Assembly: GCA_937931775.1 (NCBI GenBank)
Contig: CALHAQ010000010.1
Coordinates: forward strand, 1-39,075
Length of the DNA: 39,075 nucleotides
Source of the DNA: an uncultured Candidatus Altimarinota bacterium
GTDB taxonomy: Bacteria; Patescibacteriota; Gracilibacteria; BD1-5; UBA6164
Direction: 5' to 3'
Shown here piece by piece: positions 33,328-39,075 of this stretch. The notes beneath the pieces are model-generated. The model saw only the letters and a list, made by a program, of their open reading frames with translations. It made no database searches and was not told the origin of the DNA. Both the position numbers and the translations under genes were made by a program. Positions within the stretch are counted from its first letter, which is position 1. Every line of letters starts with the position of its first letter.

Positions 33328-33657
33328 ATGAAGGTATATATTTGGGGAGAGTGAGATCAAGCTACACAACTACAATCAAAAATAGCTGGAGTATTGGAAG
33401 AGCTTTGACTTACGGACTTTGTAAATGTAGATTCTACGACAGATGTAGCAATCAAGAAAGAACTTGGTATATCTGAGGAATCTGCTCTTATTATAGAAGA
33501 GGAAACTATAGATTTTAAAGATATGATCTTTGAGTGAATGGTTCCTGAGGATGAAGAGTTGAAATCAATGTTTATATCTATCATAGGATGATGATCAGGT
33601 GGATGATGTGGATCAAAAGATGAATCTGGATCGTGTGGAACAGGATGTAGTTGCTAA
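33328..33657 (+). CDS. thioredoxin-fold (MTH895/ArsE-like) protein lacking CXXC, with Gly/Cys-rich C-terminal tail
   Basis: 109 aa. MKVYIWGEGDQATQL...EELG...VPEDEELKSMF aligns by eye to the MKI.ILG.GC..C family. The tail is GGGSGGGCGSKDESGSCGTGCSC. Confidence 0.5.
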
Positions 33658-33663
33658 ATAAAC

Positions 33664-33696
33664 AAAAAAGACTCGAGCTATACTCGAGTCTTTTTT
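33664..33696. terminator. bidirectional terminator between convergent genes
   Basis: Perfect hairpin AAAAAAGACTCGAG-ctata-CTCGAGTCTTTTTT. Confidence 0.65.
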
Positions 33697-33708
33697 GTTT
33701 ATTTATTT

Positions 33709-35175
33709 TTATTGATCCTGTGTTGTATTTGTTTCTACTTCATCTGATATAACTTCTTCTTCAACTTCTGCAGGAGTGGTAGTAACTGAACTTGCTGCTT
33801 TCTTCACTATCGTATAGTAATCAGTATATACGAGTTTACCATCTTCTCAGAAGTAATTTACCTTGTATTGGTTTGTCCCTTCTTCGAGTGTTTCAAACCT
33901 TTCAAATGCATGGTACCTCCAGGTACTTCCGTTGAATGAAGCAAGTTTAAATCCATTTACTTCTACTTTAGAAATCCCTTCAGCAGTAGTAACTCATCTG
34001 ATGGTGATTTCAGATCCTGTTGTTGCAAATTTTCCAGTAACAGATGGAGAAGTAAATCCAAAATCTGTACCATCTACTCAGAATGTTGTAATTCCTTGTG
34101 AGTTAGTAGAACTTGTTGTCTGAACTACATTTGAGCTTATATTAGATGAACTTCAACCTGAATTATATACAGTTATAACTTTTTTTTCTAAAATATTTTT
34201 ATCAGTATCATATATTTTTATAACTACATCATTCACACTATTTCATAGGGGGAGAGCAGAGAATGAAAAAATCTTTTTATCCCCAGATATACTCGCTTGT
34301 CTGTTGTTAATAGATATAGTTCATACATTTTCAGAAAGAATTTTTCATGAAATATCTAGCGTATTTGAACTTACACTCATTTCATCACGTAGGTTATCAA
34401 AGCTGAGATATATCCCACTACTTCATATTGATTCTGCTGTATTACCAGTTCCACTTTCTACTTGATCTTGTTTATTCAGTATTTCAAATCATTTATTGTC
34501 TATAAACCAATCACTTCCTTTGAAATAGCTTCCTATATTTCATTTTTCACTAGCAAGATCTATATCACTGTTTGATGCATTTTGTTTGAGTATACTAATT
34601 TTTTGTCATTTTGTGAGAGATGTTGAAACTCATACACTATTTGATACTTTAGCACTTCATGAAAGAAGGTAAATAGTACTACTTGCTTCGTTTTGAGCTA
34701 AAGACATCACTGTTCCCGCTGGTGCAGAAACGTTAGCATATTTCATAGTAATATTGGTGTTTTCTCAGAGTGATACCCATGCATCAGAAGAATAAAGTCA
34801 AAAACTTCCATCTTCATTGTATTTTAATTCGGCTGTTTTATTGAGTGATATTTGTGTTCCACTATCGAAGCTCAAATCAAGAGCTCCCTCTTTTACTATA
34901 ATTCTTTCTCATTTATATAAACTCGCACTATCTGTAATCTTTTCTTTTACTTCTCATGGGTATACGATATGAGCCTCAGTATCAATATCAATAAAGCTAA
35001 TATCTACAGGAATCCTATTTTCATTTGAACTGTTGGTAGTGCTAGTATCGCTTTCATCTCCATTGAAGAGACTAAAGAGTAATAAAAGCAAAAGGGCTCA
35101 TCATACTATTGGAACCAGGTAATCTTTAAAAGTATTTTGAAAGGTATTTCTATTTCTATTTCTATATCGAGTCAT
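33709..35175 (-). CDS. N-terminally anchored secreted/surface protein (488 aa)
   Basis: ATG 35175 to TAA 33709 with many TGA=Gly. Basic N-terminus, then a TM/signal helix (LVPIVGGALLLLLLFSLF), then a Ser/Thr/Asn-rich beta-type sequence. Family not recognised with confidence. Confidence 0.55.
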
Positions 35176-35361
35176 AAGAGAGTGATTATTTAGGCAGTAT
35201 ACTCCTATATTTATATAAAAAAAAGACAAAAAAACAAGAAAAAATACTCTATATAAATATTATAAAATAAAAAATTAAAAAGTATATATTCGTTCATTTG
35301 GACCATATATATTTATCACTATAATCACGCGTGCTAGTTTATTTTGCTTAAAAAATATAAT

Positions 35362-35757
35362 ATGAAAAAAATACTAGGAATAGCTCTTATCGTTTCACTT
35401 GCAGCTCTTGCTTCATGTGGAGTAAAAGATGCTGCTAACTCAGTTGTTGAAACAGCTGGAGACGCAGTAGAAGCTACAGTAGATGTTGCTGGAGACGCGG
35501 CTGAAGGTGTTGTTGATACTGCTACTGATGCAGTAGAGGCTACAGTAGATGTTGCTGGAAATGCAGCTGAAGGTGTTGTTGATACTGCTACTGATGCAGT
35601 AGAAATTGCAGAAGATGCAGTAGCTGAAACTGGAGAAGCTATGATGGATAAATGAGAAGAAGTTATGGAAAAAGCAGACGATACTGCTGAAGCTATGATG
35701 GATAAAGGGGAAGAGAAAATGATGGATGATAGCGCTACTGGTGCGATGCAAAAATAA
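35362..35757 (+). CDS. acidic repeat lipoprotein (131 aa)
   Basis: MKKILGIALIVSLAALASC lipobox. Ala/Asp/Val/Glu repeats. Continues past TGA 35653..35655 to TAA 35755. Confidence 0.7.
35461..35604 (+). repeat. 66-bp in-frame tandem repeat, two full copies plus a partial third
   Basis: 35461..35526 and 35527..35592 are near-identical (D-AVEATVDVAG-AAEGVVDTAT). The third copy begins GATGCAGTAGAA. Confidence 0.85.
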
Positions 35758-35771
35758 TTTTTTCTAACATA

Positions 35772-35807
35772 AAAATGCTTTCTTAGTAATAAGAAAGCAT
35801 TTTTTTT
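35772..35807 (+). terminator. intrinsic terminator after the lipoprotein gene
   Basis: AAATGCTTTCTTA-gtaa-TAAGAAAGCATTT followed by a T-run that overlaps the next -35 box. Confidence 0.7.
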
Positions 35808-35839
35808 GACAAAATCATCTTTCAAAATATCATAACGCT

Positions 35840-35890
35840 ATGAATACAAAACAGAACTGGCACCTGCAACCCCTAGACCCTTCTTTATAG
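35840..35890 (+). CDS. leader mini-ORF 3, MNTKQNWHLQPLDPSL
   Basis: 16 codons. Pro codons at CCC 35870..35872 and CCT 35879..35881. TAG at 35888. Confidence 0.35.
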   Translation: MNTKQNWHLQPLDPSL

Positions 35891-35924
35891 TAGGGGTAGT
35901 TGTTTTGACGATATAATTTCAAAA

Positions 35925-35957
35925 ATCTCTCCTGACTATATAGGAGGGATTTTTTTT
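35925..35957 (+). terminator. intrinsic terminator of the proS leader
   Basis: ATCTCTCCT-gactatat-AGGAGGGAT (one G-U pair) followed by TTTTTTT. Confidence 0.65.
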
Positions 35958-36043
35958 AATCTTTATATTCTAAACATAACAAATAACATGGGACCACAAA
36001 TAACAAACATACTCAGATACTAAATGACACCTGAAAAGAATTC

Positions 36044-36235
36044 TTGCTTGATCTTACGCGTGATACGCTCGGAGTAGATATCACTTTAGATCAGATACAT
36101 GATATACTTTCTCTCCAATCTCGTCTACAAAAAGATAGTGATACGGGGAGATGGAAAATCCAAAATAAAAAGAAGCATTGATGATATCTGAATATAGATA
36201 CATTTCGAGAAAAAATTTTACAAAAAATAACTTAA
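36044..36235 (+). CDS. possible small protein (63 aa if it starts at TTG)
   Basis: The frame is open from 35987 to TAA 36233 with two TGA=Gly. The translation LLDLTRDTLGVDITLDQIHDILSLQSRLQKDSDTGRWKIQNKKKHGGYLNIDTFREKILQKIT looks protein-like, but there is no in-frame ATG. Confidence 0.25.
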
Positions 36236-36241
36236 ATAATT

Positions 36242-37462
36242 ATGCTACAACTCTCAAATTTTCCTATAAATACACTCAAATCAACTCCTAATGGGAGTGA
36301 TAATACTTCAACATGATTACTCCTTCAGTGATGATATATCCGTCAAGAAATGGCAGGAGTATATAGTTTCCTTCCTATTGGGCTCAGAGTACTGAGAAAT
36401 ATAGAAAACATTGTGCGTGAAGAAATGGATAATGCCTGATATCATGAAGTGCTTATGAGCGTGATAACAGATAAATCATCCTGGGATATTACAGGGAGAT
36501 GGAATATGGATGTTATGTTTCATGTACCAGCTCACGATGATAAGCAGTACTCTATCAATCCTACCAATGAAGAAACAGTTGTTCCTATGATGAAAGAGTT
36601 TCTCCAGTCATATAAAGACTATCCTACATGCGTATATCATATTCAGAAAAAATTTCGTAATGAGAAGAGAGCAAAATCAGGATTATTGCGAGGAAGAGAA
36701 TTTCTCATGAAAGATGCTTATAGTTTTCATATAGACGATGAGGAGTTTTCAGATTTTTATGAAAGTGTAAAGCAGGTATATGTAAAAATATTCGAAAGAT
36801 TATGAGTAGGATCAGATACTTATGAAACAGTAGCTGATGGTGGGGACTTCACTGATAAGTATTCTCATGAGTTTCAAACAGTCCTCCCTATTGGAGAAGA
36901 TGATATATACATCTGCAGCTGATGCAGGCTTGGACATAATAAAGAGGTAGTACAGGGAGATTTTGTCTGTACTCGCTGTGACTCAAAAGAGTTTGATCTC
37001 AAGCAAGCTTCTGAAGTAGGAAATATATTTCCACTAGAAACAAAATTCTCAAAACCATTTGAAGTAGAATACACAGATAAAGACAACAAAATGGTGGATC
37101 GAGTCCTTATGGGTTGTTATGGTATAGGAATATCTCGTCTCATGTGAGTCATCGCAGAATACTCTGCCACTGAGAAATGAATTCTCTGGCCAGAGAGTAT
37201 TGCTCCAGCAAGTCACTATATCATCGTCATAGGAGAAGATAATATAGAAAATGCTTTCGAACTTGCAGGAAAGTTAGAGTCTGAATGAAAGACAGTAATC
37301 CTCGATGATAGGATGGGACGTAAAGATTGATTTGGACAAAAAGCAGCTGATTGTGAGCTCTGGGGGATACCAAATCGTATCGTCATATCTCCAAAGACGC
37401 TCGAGCAAGGAGGATACGAACTCCTTCAGAGAGGACAAGAACCAACTATAGAAAAACTATAA
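36242..37462 (+). CDS. proS: proline--tRNA ligase, short bacterial-type form without the INS editing domain
   Basis: 406 aa. [59 protein letters not shown]...CTRC element (36914..36979) sits where INS would be. Confidence 0.88.
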
Positions 37463-37487
37463 ATTGACAATTAGCAATTTATAAACA

Positions 37488-37521
37488 AAATAAAGGCATA
37501 AATTTATTCCTTTATTTTTTT
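37488..37521 (+). terminator. terminator-like hairpin after proS
   Basis: AAATAAAGG-12 nt-CCTTTATTT followed by TTTT. The stem is AU-rich, so it is weaker. Confidence 0.4.
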
Positions 37522-37524
37522 GTG

Positions 37525-39036
37525 ATGACTTTAGGTACATTCAATATTGATGAAATTAAGGAGGCTAGTAGGACGCTTCTTTGAAAATGAAAAACGAAAC
37601 TCATTCATGCTCTTGATTGATTTCCTGATTATGTAGTAATGGAAAATAAAGACGATATTACAGCAGGAGATGGGAAAAAACATGATAAACTTACATGAAA
37701 AGCAGCAGCTTCAACGTCTATTACATCAAGTACATTTCAATATTTAGAAAATCAGTGAATAGCCACTCACTTTATAGAACAACTCAGTGATACTGAAATC
37801 CTTGCTCAGAAATGTGATATGATACCACTTGAATGTATATTTCGTCATGTATCAACAGGCTCACACTATAAAAGAGAAAAATTTCAAAAATGAGATGAAG
37901 CTCTAGCGGATGGAACAATGTTAGAAGAACCTCTTATGGAATTTTTCTATAAAAATGATGTAGTATTAGAGTCAGGAGAAATTATTTCTGACCCGATGAT
38001 GCAGTGTGACTCAAATGGGATTCCTCAAATTGAAGATGGTAAATTTATCCTTCTTCACCCAAATACTTGAGAGATCTTACATTATATAGATGTAGAAAAT
38101 CCAAGTACTTGAGAATTTTTGTCTAATGATGAGTTACAACAAGAACAAAAGCAAATTCTTACTCATGCAAGAGAAATTAAAAAGCAGACTACAAATGTAT
38201 GAAACAAACTCAAAGAATTGTATAAAAAAGCAGATCTTGAATTATTCGATGGAAAAATAGAGTTTGGTATAAATAGTAAATGAGAACTTGTAGTTGCAGA
38301 TGTAATTGATGGAGATAGTTGCAGACTGAGAAAACCACTGATAGTAGAATCAGAGAAATGAACGTACCATACATGAAAATCAATAAATAGAGACATAGTG
38401 TTAGATTATTTAGCAGAAAAATATACATGACCTGTAATTAATTTTTTTAATTATGTTGGACTTATACTTAGTAAGGATGAGTCAGATACAGATGAATTGA
38501 TATCATATATTGAATGAGAGTTTAAAAGAAATCCTAGAGCTTACTATGAGGTATCTCCAAAATTCTTTGAGAAAACCCCTCTTTGAGATTTTTCAGATTT
38601 TCAGGAATTTACCAAAGCTGAGATAAATACTTTTAGTAAAATGAAAAGTATTACACGATGACTCTTGCAAGATATTGCAAGAAAAACATCCCAAGAATTT
38701 GAAGATAAGTATTATAAAGGAGAACAACTATTTGAAAGAAATGATAATGATAGAATTGTTTTTAAGAGAGCTAGAGATTTACTTCATACTTTAAACTCTG
38801 CTATTGAAACAAAAGTACAGATATTACAGAGTAGTAATCTGAAAGACGTAAAAAGAGTAGTAGAATGAGAATGACTTGATAAACAGTGATATAGAGATTG
38901 AGAAAATCCAGAAGAAACAGTGGATAAATATAATAAGTTAGCAAATATACTAAAAGAACTACTGAGTAATGCATGAATCATAAGTCAGGTAGATCAAGGA
39001 GCGAAAAGGACGCGAGATATACTAAATGACAAATAA
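37525..39036 (+). CDS. purC: SAICAR synthetase (PurC)-like protein with an internal insertion and a C-terminal extension of about 200 aa
   Basis: 503 aa. GKGKTKLIH, NKDDITAGDGKKHD, GIATHFI, KCDMIPLECIFRHVSTGS, PLMEFFYKND, LELFDGKIEFG, VVADVIDGDSCRL. Track ORF 38665..38868 is in the same frame. Confidence 0.75.
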
Positions 39037-39037
39037 A

Positions 39038-39068
39038 AAAAACTCTCCCAGCCTGGGAGAGTTTTTTA
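39038..39068 (+). terminator. intrinsic terminator
   Basis: AACTCTCCCA-gcc-TGGGAGAGTT followed by TTTT. Confidence 0.7.
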
Positions 39069-39075
39069 ACTCATG

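Larger units (their letters stand above)
35806..35957 (+). promoter_or_regulatory. leaderless mini-ORF/terminator leader upstream of proS
   Basis: TTGACA (35806..35811), 16 nt, TATCAT (35828..35833), 6 nt, ATG 35840. Mini-ORF, CCCCTA/TAGGGG hairpin, then a terminator. Confidence 0.5.

Noticed and set aside
31626-33696. Two CTCGAG-containing perfect palindromes (31626..31656 and 33664..33696) as possible terminal inverted repeats of a mobile element.
   Set aside because: Each is a self-contained hairpin flanked by A-runs and T-runs between convergent genes. The arms differ between the two sites, and ordinary genes (yebC, rplY) lie between them. They are bidirectional terminators.
35461-35604. 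Regular 66-bp repeats as a possible CRISPR array.
   Set aside because: The repeats are directly adjacent with no spacers, are in frame within a coding sequence, and there are no cas genes.
35334-35825. 163-aa and 103-aa minus-strand ORFs rich in Ser/Ala/Thr.
   Set aside because: They are antisense to the repeat lipoprotein. The plus-strand gene has a canonical lipobox signal peptide and its own terminator, and the minus-strand ORF would run through that terminator.
35855-35870. CUGGCACCUG in the proS leader as a possible T-box element, since an aaRS gene lies downstream.
   Set aside because: The leader is far too short for a T-box. I found no specifier-loop/AG-bulge architecture. The motif lies about 65 nt from the terminator rather than in an antiterminator bulge overlapping it.
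1-39075. Dozens of housekeeping genes interrupted by TGA, which at first looks like a heavily pseudogenised or poorly assembled genome.
   Set aside because: The interruptions are always TGA and never TAA/TAG or frameshifts. They fall on conserved Gly positions, and frames continue perfectly across them, so this is recoding and not decay.
1-39075. UGA read as Trp (code 4, Mycoplasma-like) or as selenocysteine.
   Set aside because: The aligned positions are invariant glycines (HPHGGGEG, LSGGxxQR, DTGGT, GGGRY). TGG is used for Trp. TGA is far too frequent and lacks any SECIS-like context.

Overview
AT-rich bacterial chromosome segment that is only readable under genetic code 25 (UGA = Gly), the code known from Gracilibacteria and Absconditabacteria/SR1 in the Candidate Phyla Radiation. 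The supplied standard-code ORF track is therefore fragmented. Reading TGA as Gly merges the fragments into about 50 intact genes, and every one ends in TAA or TAG. The core is an S10/spc-type ribosomal protein cluster, rplC through rplO (19 genes), with no rpsJ in front and no L30 gene, followed by secY. The flanks carry these genes: pheS, an FMN-binding lipoprotein translationally coupled to apbE, prs, a THUMP RNA methyltransferase, an ABC exporter, comM/yifB, hisS, a lysA-type decarboxylase, pyrB, a free-standing YbaK-like deacylase, murA, yebC, rplY, a short proS without the editing insertion, and a PurC-like protein with a long C-terminal extension. Several lineage-specific membrane or secreted proteins are also present. 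I saw no rRNA, tRNA, CRISPR array, transposase or integrase. The most interesting signal is a small family of promoter-proximal, apparently leaderless mini-ORFs that start ATGAATACA and are followed by intrinsic terminators. They sit in front of hisS, lysA and proS, and each contains codons for the cognate amino acid, so they are candidate ribosome-mediated attenuators. Other items worth a second look: the ApbE/FMN-lipoprotein flavinylation module, a thioredoxin-fold protein with no CXXC and a Gly/Cys tail, MurA with Asp at the fosfomycin-target position, and structured spacers inside the ribosomal operon. All coordinates come from manual translation. Start codons are less certain than stops.
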